Shown here one piece after another: positions 1 to 9,305 of a stretch of DNA of 32,963 nt; position 1 is the stretch's first letter; every line of letters begins with the position of its first letter. Where the stretch lies: positions 1-32,963 of the forward strand of contig CANLAC010000001.1 of NCBI GenBank assembly GCA_947488645.1, in the 5' to 3' direction. A program made the position numbers and the translations under genes. Origin of the DNA: Actinomycetota bacterium (GTDB taxonomy: Bacteria; Actinomycetota; Actinomycetes; Nanopelagicales; Nanopelagicaceae). The notes under the pieces are model-generated. The model made no database searches and had not been told where the DNA came from. It was given only the letters and a program-made list of their open reading frames with translations.

Positions 1-1575
1 TCTGTGTACTCAACTGATTTTGCAAAGATCACACAAGCTCCGGTATTCCACGTTAATGGCGATGATCCCGAAGCATGTGTTCGAGTCGCACGTTTGGCTT
101 TCGAATATCGTCAAGAATTCAACAAAGATGTTGTAATCGACATGGTTTGCTACCGTCGCCGTGGACACAACGAAGGTGACGAGCCAAGCTTCACTCAGCC
201 ATTGATGTACAAGATGATCGATGCAAAGCGTTCAACTCGTACTTTGTATACCGAAGCACTTGTGGGTCGTGGAGACTTGACACCAGAAGAGGCAGATGAG
301 ATTGCACGGGATTACCAAGCACAACTGGAATCTATCTTTGCTGCAGTAAATAACATCGAGCCAGACCATGATGCGAATTTCAAAGCTCCTGTTGCTCCAG
401 AGCCAGACTTGATTACAACTGCAATCACCGAGGGCCTTGCACAAGAAATTGCTGCAACTCAATTGGCAGTTCCTGAAGGCTTTAGTGTTCATCCAAAATT
501 GAGTCCGCAACTTGCAAAGCGAGTTGAGTCCCTCAATGATGGAACGATCGACTGGTCTACCGGTGAAATGTTGGCCTTTGGTTCACTTCTTAAAGAAGGT
601 CACCCAATTCGTCTTGCTGGACAAGATGCTCGTCGTGGAACTTTCTCAAACCGTCATGCTGTCATCATTGATAAAGAAAATGGCAACGAGTGGACACCAC
701 TTCGCGGACTTATCAGTGATGAAAATCAGTTCTTTGTCATCGACTCTTTGCTCAGCGAATACGCTGCTATGGGCTTTGAATACGGATACAGCCTTGAGCG
801 AGAAGAAGCGTTAGTTCTATGGGAGGGCCAGTTTGGCGATTTTGCCAACGGTGCTCAAACAATTATTGATGAATTCATTTCATCCGCTCTGCAAAAGTGG
901 GGCGAGCGATCTTCGGTTGTACTACTTCTGCCACATGGCTATGAAGGACAAGGACCGGATCACTCTTCTGGGCGTATTGAGCGCTTCTTGCAGCTATGTG
1001 CAGAGCAGAACATGACCGTTGCACAACCTGCAAGCCCGGCAAATTACTTCCACTTGCTTCGTTGGCATGCAAAGAATCCTGCGCGACGTCCATTGGTTGT
1101 CTTTACACCTAAGTCAATGCTTCGCCTGAAGGCTGCAGCATCTGCCTTGTCAGATTTCACAACTGGTCACTTCCAAGAAGTAATTGGTGATGATTCAGTT
1201 CAAAATGCGTCTCGCGTGATTTTCTGTTCAGGAAAGATCTATCACGATCTAGTAGCAGAGCGAACAAAGCTTGGTGAGACCGGAACTGCAATTGTTCGAG
1301 TTGAACTGCTGTATCCACTTCCTGTTGATGAAATGGTTGCAGAAGCTAACAAGCATCCAAATGCAAACTTGCTGTGGGTTCAAGATGAACCTGCAAACCA
1401 AGGCCCTTGGTCACACATTGCATTGCGCACATCAGAAGCACACGGTGGACATGGATTTGGTACTCGCACTTTGCGTCGTATCTCTCGCCGCGCAACTGCA
1501 TCTCCTGCAACTGGTAGCCACCACTTACATGAAGATGAGCAAAAAGCGTTGTTGCTTGAAGCCTTTACGCGCTAG
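1..1575 (+). CDS. kgd: Multifunctional 2-oxoglutarate decarboxylase/dehydrogenase E1 (C-terminal part; 5' truncated by window edge)
   Basis: Frame 1 is open from base 1. Motifs FHVNGDDPEA, CYRRRGHNEGDEP, RRGTFSNRHAV, LSEYAAMGFEYGY, WEGQFGDFANGAQ, LLLPHGYEGQGPDHSS and PATGS are typical of SucA/Kgd. Confidence 0.96.
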   Translation, partial: SVYSTDFAKITQAPVFHVNGDDPEACVRVARLAFEYRQEFNKDVVIDMVCYRRRGHNEGDEPSFTQPLMYKMIDAKRSTRTLYTEALVGRGDLTPEEADEIARDYQAQLESIFAAVNNIEPDHDANFKAPVAPEPDLITTAITEGLAQEIAATQLAVPEGFSVHPKLSPQLAKRVESLNDGTIDWSTGEMLAFGSLLKEGHPIRLAGQDARRGTFSNRHAVIIDKENGNEWTPLRGLISDENQFFVIDSLLSEYAAMGFEYGYSLEREEALVLWEGQFGDFANGAQTIIDEFISSALQKWGERSSVVLLLPHGYEGQGPDHSSGRIERFLQLCAEQNMTVAQPASPANYFHLLRWHAKNPARRPLVVFTPKSMLRLKAAASALSDFTTGHFQEVIGDDSVQNASRVIFCSGKIYHDLVAERTKLGETGTAIVRVELLYPLPVDEMVAEANKHPNANLLWVQDEPANQGPWSHIALRTSEAHGGHGFGTRTLRRISRRATASPATGSHHLHEDEQKALLLEAFTR

Positions 1576-1903
1576 AGGTTTTCTTTCTACTTTTCTTAAT
1601 TCGCATCAGCACAACACCTATAACCTCATTGGCTGGAATCCATCCCCAGGTGCGTGAATCAGTGCTCTCTTCATTGTCACCCTGAACCCAGTAATTTCCT
1701 GCATGAAACTTTTGCACTCTTTTAACCAGAAAAATTCCTGGACGTTCTTCGCGCTCGACAACTACAACCTTGCTAACAAGGGAGTTTCCAACCGCCTCTA
1801 GACCTGGCGCAGCATCTAGCCAGCTAACAAATAACCAGTCGCCATCTCGGTAGGCGGGAAGCATGGAGCCGCCTGCGACCCTGACTGTGCCAAATTTGCT
1901 CAC
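1565..1903 (-). CDS. sodX: Nickel-SOD maturation protease (S26-like peptidase)
   Basis: S26 Ser/Lys dyad motifs GGSMLP and LVKRV, plus GDN and DSR; divergent from sodN; GTG start. Confidence 0.9.
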   Translation of the reverse strand: MSKFGTVRVAGGSMLPAYRDGDWLFVSWLDAAPGLEAVGNSLVSKVVVVEREERPGIFLVKRVQKFHAGNYWVQGDNEESTDSRTWGWIPANEVIGVVLMRIKKSRKKTSSA

Positions 1904-1922
1904 GGGCGGTAGTCTCGCACCA

Positions 1923-1958
1923 TAAGCACTGCAATTCCATTACATCAATAAGTGCTTA
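1923..1958. promoter_or_regulatory. 8-bp inverted repeat in the sodX/sodN divergent spacer
   Basis: TAAGCACT (1923-1930), 20-nt spacer, AGTGCTTA (1951-1958), directly before the sodN SD AGGGGAG (1961-1967). Confidence 0.35.
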
Positions 1959-1973
1959 ATAGGGGAGAAGAAA

Positions 1974-2363
1974 ATGTTTGCACCAAAGACAACTGTCTAC
2001 GCACACTGCGATCTTCCATGTGGTGTTTACGATCCAGCGCAGGCAAAGATTGAAGCGCTATCTGTAAAGGCATGCATGGAGAAGTACGCAGCTAACTCAG
2101 ATGCAGATTTCCGCTCACGTTCAGTGGCGATCAAGGAAGAGCGTTCACATCAGGTCAAGGAGCACCTATGGGTGCTGTGGACTGATTACTTCAAGGCTCC
2201 ACACTTTGAGGCATACCCACAGTTGCACTCATTGTTTAATGAGGCAACAAAGCTTGCAGGTGCTGCAGGCACAAAGGGAACTCAAGATGTTGCAGTTGCA
2301 GATTCATTGATCGCAAAGATCGATCAGATTGCAGAGATTTTCTGGGCCACTAAGAAGGCTTAG
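1974..2363 (+). CDS. sodN: Nickel superoxide dismutase precursor
   Basis: Ni-hook HCDLPCGVYDPA after a 10-aa leader (MFAPKTTVYA); VKEHLWVLWTDYFK; SD upstream. Confidence 0.98.
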   Translation: MFAPKTTVYAHCDLPCGVYDPAQAKIEALSVKACMEKYAANSDADFRSRSVAIKEERSHQVKEHLWVLWTDYFKAPHFEAYPQLHSLFNEATKLAGAAGTKGTQDVAVADSLIAKIDQIAEIFWATKKA

Positions 2364-2779
2364 TTTTTATTTGTATCCTGAACAAGATTAAGAGCAGCGG
2401 TGCGGGCGAGGAAAGATACTCGCTCCACCGTTGATCTTTTTATCAAGGCTGCTGCAATCTGGCGATCATGTTCATAGACTTCACATTCAAAAGTTAACTC
2501 TTTTCCTTCAATCTCAATCACGCGTGATGTGCCGCGGAGCTCTGCGCCAATACTTGCAGGCGATAGTGAAATGAATTCAACACTTATTGGGATGGTTGTC
2601 TCTTCCGGTTCTAGAAACAGATCTAGAGACAGTATCGCTGCATGCTCCATCAAATTAATGAGCAGTGATGGCGCGATGATTGGAAGATCACCAATACCGA
2701 TTGCAACTGATGTGTCGCCAGGACGCACGATCATTTCAGTTAAACCAACAGCGCCAAGGACCTCTTCATCAGGATGCAT
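2360..2779 (-). CDS. Hot-dog-fold thioesterase, FlK-like; catalytic residues look degenerate
   Basis: Pattern V-x-PGDT...G...LLINLMEHAA...IEGKELTFECEVYE...IA resembles the FlK family. Start is uncertain (ATG 2779 chosen; upstream alternatives to 2818). Confidence 0.65.
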   Translation of the reverse strand: MHPDEEVLGAVGLTEMIVRPGDTSVAIGIGDLPIIAPSLLINLMEHAAILSLDLFLEPEETTIPISVEFISLSPASIGAELRGTSRVIEIEGKELTFECEVYEHDRQIAAALIKRSTVERVSFLARTAALNLVQDTNKN

Positions 2780-2855
2780 TGTTATCGCCCTGAGCATCTG
2801 GCTCGAAACGGACAGCACGATCCGCCGAGTTCTCTTTAACTAGATCTGTTGACAT
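2769..2855 (-). pseudogene. 28-codon ORF MSTDLVKENSADRAVRFEPDAQGDNNAS; probable N-terminal remnant of the SigR/SigH ECF sigma factor
   Basis: Manual translation, ATG 2855 to TGA 2769. ENSADRAVRFEPDA resembles SigR ESTAERSARFERDA and SigH ETDEELTARFERDA (recalled). It lies downstream of SRAP, where sigR normally lies. -10-like TAGTGT at 2864-2869. Confidence 0.55.
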
Positions 2856-2872
2856 CGCCTAAAACACTATCG

Positions 2873-3616
2873 TTAAAACAGGGTTTCTGGCTCTCCCAAA
2901 GGCGTTTCAACGGTTAACTCTTTTCCATTATTTGCCACGCTGTTTACCGCATCTGAAACGGGGCGAGCGATTACGATGGATTCTGGGTGCTCAACTACCA
3001 TCATCGATTTCAATTCATTCACATCGGTATTACGAGGGTTAAGCCATAAATCCCAACGATCAGGCGGCATGAAAACTGGCATGCGGCTATGAATTGTTTC
3101 TAGCTCGCCTTGTGCTTCTTGTGTGATGATCGATGCGGTTTCAATTACTTCGCCATTTGGCGCTGTCCAACTACTCCAGATTCCGGCAATGGGAAGTTGC
3201 ATGCCATCACGAGCCGAAATATAGAAAGGTTGTTTTGGTCGGTATTGACCTAAAGCTGTTGCCCATTCGTAATACCCAGCTGCAGGAATTAAACATCGCG
3301 TAGATCTAAATGCATTTCTAAATGTTGGCTTTTCATGAATAGATTCACTACGTGCGTTGATAGCTCTTGATTGCGAAGCACGTGCTTCTTGCATATCTGT
3401 TAACCAGGGACCGATTAATCCCCAGGAGACTGTCGCTAATGCTTTTTCGCTCTTTAGGTCTTTGCCAGAACGGTCATTGGCACGAACTATGTAAATCGGA
3501 TTAGTTGGTGCGATATTCCAATTCAGTGGCAGTGAGCTTTCCGGCGATGTGCCGGTGACCTCGAACTGCTCCATAAGTTCGCGCATATCGGCTGTTTGCG
3601 CATAACGACCACACAT
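2873..3616 (-). CDS. SRAP family (YedK/HMCES-like) abasic-site protecting protein
   Basis: N-terminal MCGRY (catalytic Cys2), WNIAPT, INARSE, RCLIPAAGYYEW, IHSRMP. Confidence 0.95.
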   Translation of the reverse strand: MCGRYAQTADMRELMEQFEVTGTSPESSLPLNWNIAPTNPIYIVRANDRSGKDLKSEKALATVSWGLIGPWLTDMQEARASQSRAINARSESIHEKPTFRNAFRSTRCLIPAAGYYEWATALGQYRPKQPFYISARDGMQLPIAGIWSSWTAPNGEVIETASIITQEAQGELETIHSRMPVFMPPDRWDLWLNPRNTDVNELKSMMVVEHPESIVIARPVSDAVNSVANNGKELTVETPLGEPETLF

Positions 3617-3660
3617 AATTCAAGGGTATCGCAGGTATGGGCACGGGTTAGAATAAGGCG
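3617..3660. promoter_or_regulatory. Back-to-back leaderless promoters for SRAP and aroA
   Basis: Minus-strand TACCCT (3623-3628) is 6 nt before ATG 3616. Plus-strand TAGAAT (3649-3654) is 6 nt before ATG 3661. Confidence 0.6.
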
Positions 3661-4962
3661 ATGACAAACAACGCTCACTGGCCAGCGATTTATCGCGGTG
3701 CAACACCAGTTGATATCAACGTTGTCATTCCTGGATCCAAATCTGTTACCAATCGAGCTTTGATTTTGGCCGCCCAAGCAAAAAGCCCATCAACATTGCG
3801 ACGCCCGCTTGTATCGCGCGATAGCGAATTAATGGTTGCTGGCTTAACGGCGCTAGGAATTGGAATCGTAGAGACCACCGCCGTTGTCGATGGCAACGAA
3901 GAGTTGCAATGGATTGTTACACCTGCGCCAATGCGCGGTGGAGTGCGTGTAGATGTGGGAAATGCCGGAACTGTTATGCGTTTCTTACCACCACTAGCTG
4001 CTCTTGCCACAGGTGAAGTAATTTTTGATGGTGACCCACGTTCCTATGAACGTCCATTAGGGCCGGTAATCAAGGCGTTAGAAGAGCTCGGCGTATCTAT
4101 TGATCATGAAGATCGCTATAGCCTGCCCTTAAAATTAAATGGAACCGGAAAAATTGACGGTGGTGAAATAACAATTGATGCCAGCGAATCAAGTCAATTT
4201 CTTTCAGCACTTCTTTTAGTAGCACCGAGTTTTACTAAGGGGATAACTGTTAAGCACAAAGGTGGCTTATTGCCATCAATGCCACATATTGAAATGACTG
4301 TAGATATGTTGCGCCAATTTGGAGCAACGGTAGAGGTTGATTCAGTTGCACAAACGTGGAGTGTTAAGCCAGGTGCTCTCCATGGTTTGGATCTAGTAAT
4401 CGAGCCAGACCTTTCTAATGCCTCGCCCTTTCTTTCAATTGCCATGGTGTGTGGTGGGCGCGTAGCGATTGCTGATTGGCCAATCAAAACCACACAACCA
4501 GGTGATCAACTACGAACAATCTTTGCAGATATGGGTGCGCAGTTCTCCTTTGGAGATAATGGATTAACAATTATTGGCACTGGAAAAATTCATGGAATAG
4601 ATGTTGATCTGCATGATGTTGGTGAATTAACCCCTTCTATTGCAGCCCTAGCCGCACTTGCTGATTCACCTTCACATTTGCGTGGGATTGGTCATTTGCG
4701 CAAACATGAAACTGATCGTTTAGCGGCGTTAACCCGCGAGATAAACGCATTAGGTGGCAAAGTCACAGAAGAAGAAACCGCATTACATATAACCCCAGCG
4801 CCATTACATGCAGGCGTTTTCCATACCTATGACGATCACCGACTAGCAACAGCCGGTGCTGTACTAGGGCTGGTAGTTGAAGGAATCGAAGTAGAAAATA
4901 TTGCAACTACACGAAAAACTTTGCCAGATTTTCCAGGGCTGTGGAGCTCACTTTTACTATGA
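3661..4962 (+). CDS. aroA: 3-phosphoshikimate 1-carboxyvinyltransferase (EPSP synthase)
   Basis: PGSKSVTNRAL, GNAGTVMRF, DASESSQFLSALL, HETDRL, TYDDHRLA. Confidence 0.97.
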   Translation: MTNNAHWPAIYRGATPVDINVVIPGSKSVTNRALILAAQAKSPSTLRRPLVSRDSELMVAGLTALGIGIVETTAVVDGNEELQWIVTPAPMRGGVRVDVGNAGTVMRFLPPLAALATGEVIFDGDPRSYERPLGPVIKALEELGVSIDHEDRYSLPLKLNGTGKIDGGEITIDASESSQFLSALLLVAPSFTKGITVKHKGGLLPSMPHIEMTVDMLRQFGATVEVDSVAQTWSVKPGALHGLDLVIEPDLSNASPFLSIAMVCGGRVAIADWPIKTTQPGDQLRTIFADMGAQFSFGDNGLTIIGTGKIHGIDVDLHDVGELTPSIAALAALADSPSHLRGIGHLRKHETDRLAALTREINALGGKVTEEETALHITPAPLHAGVFHTYDDHRLATAGAVLGLVVEGIEVENIATTRKTLPDFPGLWSSLLL

Positions 4963-5981
4963 GTCCTCGCGAATACGATGAATCAGATGCGCGAGTTCGC
5001 CCATCACGCAGTACACGCCCACGAAGTAAAGATCGTCCATCACATAGTGACGCAATATCTGCATTAGTAACAACCGTCGATCGGGGACGACAAACGTGTA
5101 TTACAGAAGATGGAACGATCCTGACAGCAATGCGTGCACGCGAACTTGGGCCAAAATCTGTTGTCACAGGTGACAATGTTTCAATCGTTGGAGATGTAAC
5201 CGGCTCAGAAGGATCACTTGCCCGAATTGTTGCAGTTCAAGATCGTCGTAACTCCTTAAGTCGCACAGTCGATGATGCGGCGCAAGTAGAACGCACAATC
5301 GTTGCAAATATTGATCAACTAGTAATTGTTGTGGCAGCTGCTAATCCAGAACCTCGTCGTGGTCTGATTGATCGGTTCTTGGTCTCGGCTTTCACTGAAG
5401 GAATTACTCCAAAGATCGTTGTTACAAAGACAGACATCAGCGAGGTTCCAGTATTTCTAGCAGAGTATGCCGAGCTTGATATTGAAATCATTCACACCGC
5501 AATCAAGAGTGAGTCACGGGCTAAGGATTTAGCAAAGTTGCATCAAGTTCTTGAAGGAAAGATTTCTGTTTTAGTTGGACATTCAGGTGTTGGTAAATCA
5601 ACATTGATTAACGCACTTGTGCCAGAAGCCGATCGCGTAACAGGTGATGTGAATGAGGCAACCGGTCGTGGACGTCACACATCATCTAGTGCGATCGCAT
5701 TGCCACTTGTCGATAGTGATGGATGGATCATTGACACACCTGGTATTAGAGCATTTGGGCTAAGTCACATCGATAACCAGCGAATTGTTGATGCTTTTAG
5801 CGATTTATCTGAAGTGGCAGCAAATTGCCTATCTAACTGTTCTCACTCAGAGAGTTCTTGCAAATTAGATGCATGGGCAAGCCCTGATGGGGTTCCAAAT
5901 GCCCACCGAACTGCACGCCTAGCAAGCCTTCGTTCGTTGTTAGCGGTCAAGGATGCACCTGTTGCAATAGTCGAGGAATAG
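4959..5981 (+). CDS. rsgA: Ribosome small subunit-dependent GTPase A
   Basis: Circularly permuted GTPase: TKTD, GHSGVGKST, GRGRHTSS, DTPG; C-terminal CxxxCxHxxxxC Zn finger. ATG 4959 overlaps the aroA stop (ATGA). Confidence 0.95.
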   Translation: MSPREYDESDARVRPSRSTRPRSKDRPSHSDAISALVTTVDRGRQTCITEDGTILTAMRARELGPKSVVTGDNVSIVGDVTGSEGSLARIVAVQDRRNSLSRTVDDAAQVERTIVANIDQLVIVVAAANPEPRRGLIDRFLVSAFTEGITPKIVVTKTDISEVPVFLAEYAELDIEIIHTAIKSESRAKDLAKLHQVLEGKISVLVGHSGVGKSTLINALVPEADRVTGDVNEATGRGRHTSSSAIALPLVDSDGWIIDTPGIRAFGLSHIDNQRIVDAFSDLSEVAANCLSNCSHSESSCKLDAWASPDGVPNAHRTARLASLRSLLAVKDAPVAIVEE

Positions 5982-5993
5982 ACTGACACCACC

Positions 5994-6845
5994 ATGAGCA
6001 ACGATAAGAGTTCTATTGATCTGCAGGATGATCTAGCACTTGCGCACGCATTAGCTGATCTAGCAGATGCCATCACTCTTAATCGTTACCAAGCCCAAGA
6101 TTTAGTGATAACTAACAAGCCAGATAACACGCCAGTAACAGATGCTGATCGCGCAGTTGAAACTGCAATTCGCGAAGCATTAGCGACACATCGCCAAACA
6201 GATGGGCTAGTTGGCGAAGAGTTTGGAAGCGATAAGGGAACTTCTAATCGTTATTGGGTCATTGATCCAATTGACGGAACTAAGAACTTTATGCGCGGAG
6301 TTCCGACGTGGGCAACTTTAATTGCTCTTGTAAATGTTGATGCATCAGGTATTGAAGAAGTTGTTGTGGGGATTGCAAGTGCACCCGCACTTGCACGACG
6401 ATGGTCAGCAGCTAAGGGCCTAGGTGCCTATGTCAGATTTAATTCAGGAAGTGCTGACGATCTCTGGGAGGAGTTTGACGCTTCATCAAATGAAAAAAAG
6501 ATTTCAGTGTCAAAGGTTGCAAAACTCTCTGATGCTTCAATTTCTTACTCAGATTTTGTTGGGTGGGGAGATCGGCTAGAGCCTTTCCAGAAAATGCTTG
6601 CAAATGCTTGGCGCACACGGGGCATTGGAGACTTTTGGTCCCACATGCTAGTTGCCGAAGGCGCAGTAGATGTTGCAATAGAACCATCACTTGCAGTGTG
6701 GGATATGGCAGCGCTGGACATTATTGTTCGTGAAGCTGGCGGAGCATTTACAAACACAGCAGGGCAGAACGGCCCATTTGGTGGGAGCGGAGTTTCAACA
6801 AACGGGGCACTCCACAACGCCGTGATTAATGGGTTGAATCCATGA
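5994..6845 (+). CDS. hisN: Histidinol-phosphatase (inositol monophosphatase family)
   Basis: KPDNTPVTDAD, GEEFG, WVIDPIDGTKNFMRGVP, GDFWSHMLVAEG, WDMAA. Confidence 0.9.
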   Translation: MSNDKSSIDLQDDLALAHALADLADAITLNRYQAQDLVITNKPDNTPVTDADRAVETAIREALATHRQTDGLVGEEFGSDKGTSNRYWVIDPIDGTKNFMRGVPTWATLIALVNVDASGIEEVVVGIASAPALARRWSAAKGLGAYVRFNSGSADDLWEEFDASSNEKKISVSKVAKLSDASISYSDFVGWGDRLEPFQKMLANAWRTRGIGDFWSHMLVAEGAVDVAIEPSLAVWDMAALDIIVREAGGAFTNTAGQNGPFGGSGVSTNGALHNAVINGLNP

Positions 6846-9103
6846 GTCAACTACTAGAGCCGGTAACACTTTCTGTGCAGGGAATGACCTGTTCTTCATG
6901 TGTTAACACAGTGGAAAAGGCGCTCAATAAGGTTGAAGGTGTTAGTGCGACTATCAACTTTGCAACAGAGACTGCTCACATTTTGGCCCCGGCCGATATG
7001 AGTCCGAAGGATTTAATCAAGATTGTAGAAAAAGCAGGGTATTCAGCAACCTTATTGGTGGATGCACAATCAGTGACATTACACAGCAAGAAATCTGCTC
7101 GTGCATTCTTCTTTGCTTTCATTTTTGCAGTACCGGCTGTAGCTATTTCAATGGTTATGAGTTGGCATCACCAGATTGATATGTGGGTTCATCAGATTTT
7201 GGACAACTTTGGTCTGCCGCATCCTATGTATTCAGCAACTGCGTGGGTGGTAATTGCACTGAGCGCACCTGTCGTTTTACTCGTGGCTTACCCAATTCAC
7301 AAAGCTGCCTTTAGAAACCTTATGCACCCAACGATGGACAACTTAATTTCTATGGGTTCATTGGCAGCTTTTGGTTGGTCCATATATGCAAATACCACTG
7401 GTGCTGGCGATGTCTATACCGAAGTCGCAGCAGGAGTTATCTTCTTTGTAATTTTGGGTCGCTACTTAGAAACCCGAGCAAAGGCAAAAGCAAGCAGCGC
7501 TCTTACATCTCTATTGGCGCTAGGCAGTAAAGAGGTAACAATTGTTCGTGGGGGATTCCCACTCATTGTTCCGATTGAACAGCTGCAAATTGGTGATGAA
7601 TTTGAAGTACGCCCTGGGGATCGCATTGCAACAGATGGAATTGTAGTTAAAGGTGAATCTGCAGTTGATAATTCAATGCTGACCGGTGAAACAAAGCCGA
7701 TTGATGTTCGCCCAGGATCATCAGTAATTGGCGCATCAATTAATCACAATGGTCGGTTAATTGTTCGTGCCACACGTGTTGGCAGCGATACCGAACTTGC
7801 TCGAATCACTGCAATGGTTATTAGCGCCCAAGGAACCAAGGCACCTATTCAGCGCTTAGCCGATCGAATCAGCGCTGTTTTTGTGCCGATCGTTACCGTG
7901 CTTGCTATTGGAACCTTTGCAGGTTGGTATTTCACAGGCTCAACACTTACCAAATCAATTTCTATTGCAATCACTGTGCTGGTAATCGCATGCCCTTGCG
8001 CACTTGGATTAGCAACACCTGTTGCACTGCTCGTGGCATCTGGCCGCGGGGCCGCACGTGGGATTGTGCTGCGTGAGCCACGTGTTCTAGAGGTTGCCCG
8101 CAATGTTGATACGGTGCTATTTGATAAGACAGGAACACTTACTGAAGGCGTGATGCTTGTTCAAGAAGCAACTATCTCCACAGCAGCAGGTGCGGTTTTA
8201 GGGCGTTCATTTGCAGAGATTGTGACAACTCAAAACATTGTGGCTTCAGCTGGTGCGATTGAAGCTCTGAATAATCACCCGATTGCACTATCAATCACAA
8301 AGTACGCCTTAGCTAATGCTGGACAAGCAGCACCTTCACGCCCAACCTTTGCTGTTTCTGATTTCTCAGTAACGCCAGGTTCAGGTGCGGCTGGTCGCGT
8401 TTCAATCGGTGGGCAATCACCAGTTGTTCTTATTGGTTCACCGGCTGCCGTTGCTCACAGCTCAACGGAGTTCCATAGTGAGATTAAATCTGGGATTGAA
8501 CGAGGCCAAGCTGCCGGATTAACACTGGCAGTGCTTGCATGGGATGGTGTGGCTTTGGCCGTCTTTGCTGTTGGCGATCAACTAAAAAGTGATGCTGCAG
8601 AAACTGTCGTCGCACTTCGGGGCATGGGTATTACTCCATGGCTTGTCACAGGAGATAGCAGCGAGGTGGCAGCATCTGTTGCAACAACTGTTGGTATTGA
8701 TGCAGCACATGTTGTTTCACATGCCTTGCCTGAAACAAAACTTGAAATTGTTGAACGTATGAAGAGTGAAGGTCACACCGTTTTAATGATTGGTGACGGA
8801 ATCAATGATGCTGCAGCACTTACCGCTGCAGATCTTTCAATGGCTATGGGTACCGGAACAGACACTGCAATTAACAGCGCTGACATCACCTTGATGAACA
8901 CAGGACTTGGCAGCGTTATTTCAGCACTGAAACTTTCAAAGAAGACCTTAAAGATCATTCGCTTAAACATGGGTTGGGCACTTATCTATAACGTCATTGG
9001 AATACCGATTGCAGCGGCCGGATTGTTATCACCGTTGTATGCAGCGGCTGCAATGGCGGCAAGTAGCGTGCTGGTTGTTACTAACTCACTGCGCATCAAA
9101 TAA
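6842..9103 (+). CDS. copA: P1B-type heavy-metal ATPase, Cu(I)-type (CopA-like)
   Basis: N-terminal GMTCSSC metal-binding domain, TGE, ACPCALGLATP, DKTGT, HP, TGD, GDGIND, and YN/MxxSS Cu(I) signatures. ATGA overlap with hisN. Confidence 0.88.
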   Translation: MSQLLEPVTLSVQGMTCSSCVNTVEKALNKVEGVSATINFATETAHILAPADMSPKDLIKIVEKAGYSATLLVDAQSVTLHSKKSARAFFFAFIFAVPAVAISMVMSWHHQIDMWVHQILDNFGLPHPMYSATAWVVIALSAPVVLLVAYPIHKAAFRNLMHPTMDNLISMGSLAAFGWSIYANTTGAGDVYTEVAAGVIFFVILGRYLETRAKAKASSALTSLLALGSKEVTIVRGGFPLIVPIEQLQIGDEFEVRPGDRIATDGIVVKGESAVDNSMLTGETKPIDVRPGSSVIGASINHNGRLIVRATRVGSDTELARITAMVISAQGTKAPIQRLADRISAVFVPIVTVLAIGTFAGWYFTGSTLTKSISIAITVLVIACPCALGLATPVALLVASGRGAARGIVLREPRVLEVARNVDTVLFDKTGTLTEGVMLVQEATISTAAGAVLGRSFAEIVTTQNIVASAGAIEALNNHPIALSITKYALANAGQAAPSRPTFAVSDFSVTPGSGAAGRVSIGGQSPVVLIGSPAAVAHSSTEFHSEIKSGIERGQAAGLTLAVLAWDGVALAVFAVGDQLKSDAAETVVALRGMGITPWLVTGDSSEVAASVATTVGIDAAHVVSHALPETKLEIVERMKSEGHTVLMIGDGINDAAALTAADLSMAMGTGTDTAINSADITLMNTGLGSVISALKLSKKTLKIIRLNMGWALIYNVIGIPIAAAGLLSPLYAAAAMAASSVLVVTNSLRIK

Positions 9104-9119
9104 GTAGTAAGGGAAAGCA

Positions 9120-9145
9120 AAAAGGCCCTCGCAAGAGGGCCTTTT
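9120..9145. terminator. Bidirectional intrinsic terminator between copA and tRNA-fMet
   Basis: AAAAGGCCCTC-GCAA-GAGGGCCTTTT: perfect stem, GNRA loop, A/T tracts on both sides, between convergent genes. Confidence 0.9.
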
Positions 9146-9148
9146 CCT

Positions 9149-9228
<80 letters not shown>

Positions 9229-9305
9229 TCGGTGATGCAATCTTATGCGTACCAATAGATAAAGACCAAATCCTTGCGATTGCCCGCATGAACTTGGCCT
9301 TTATC

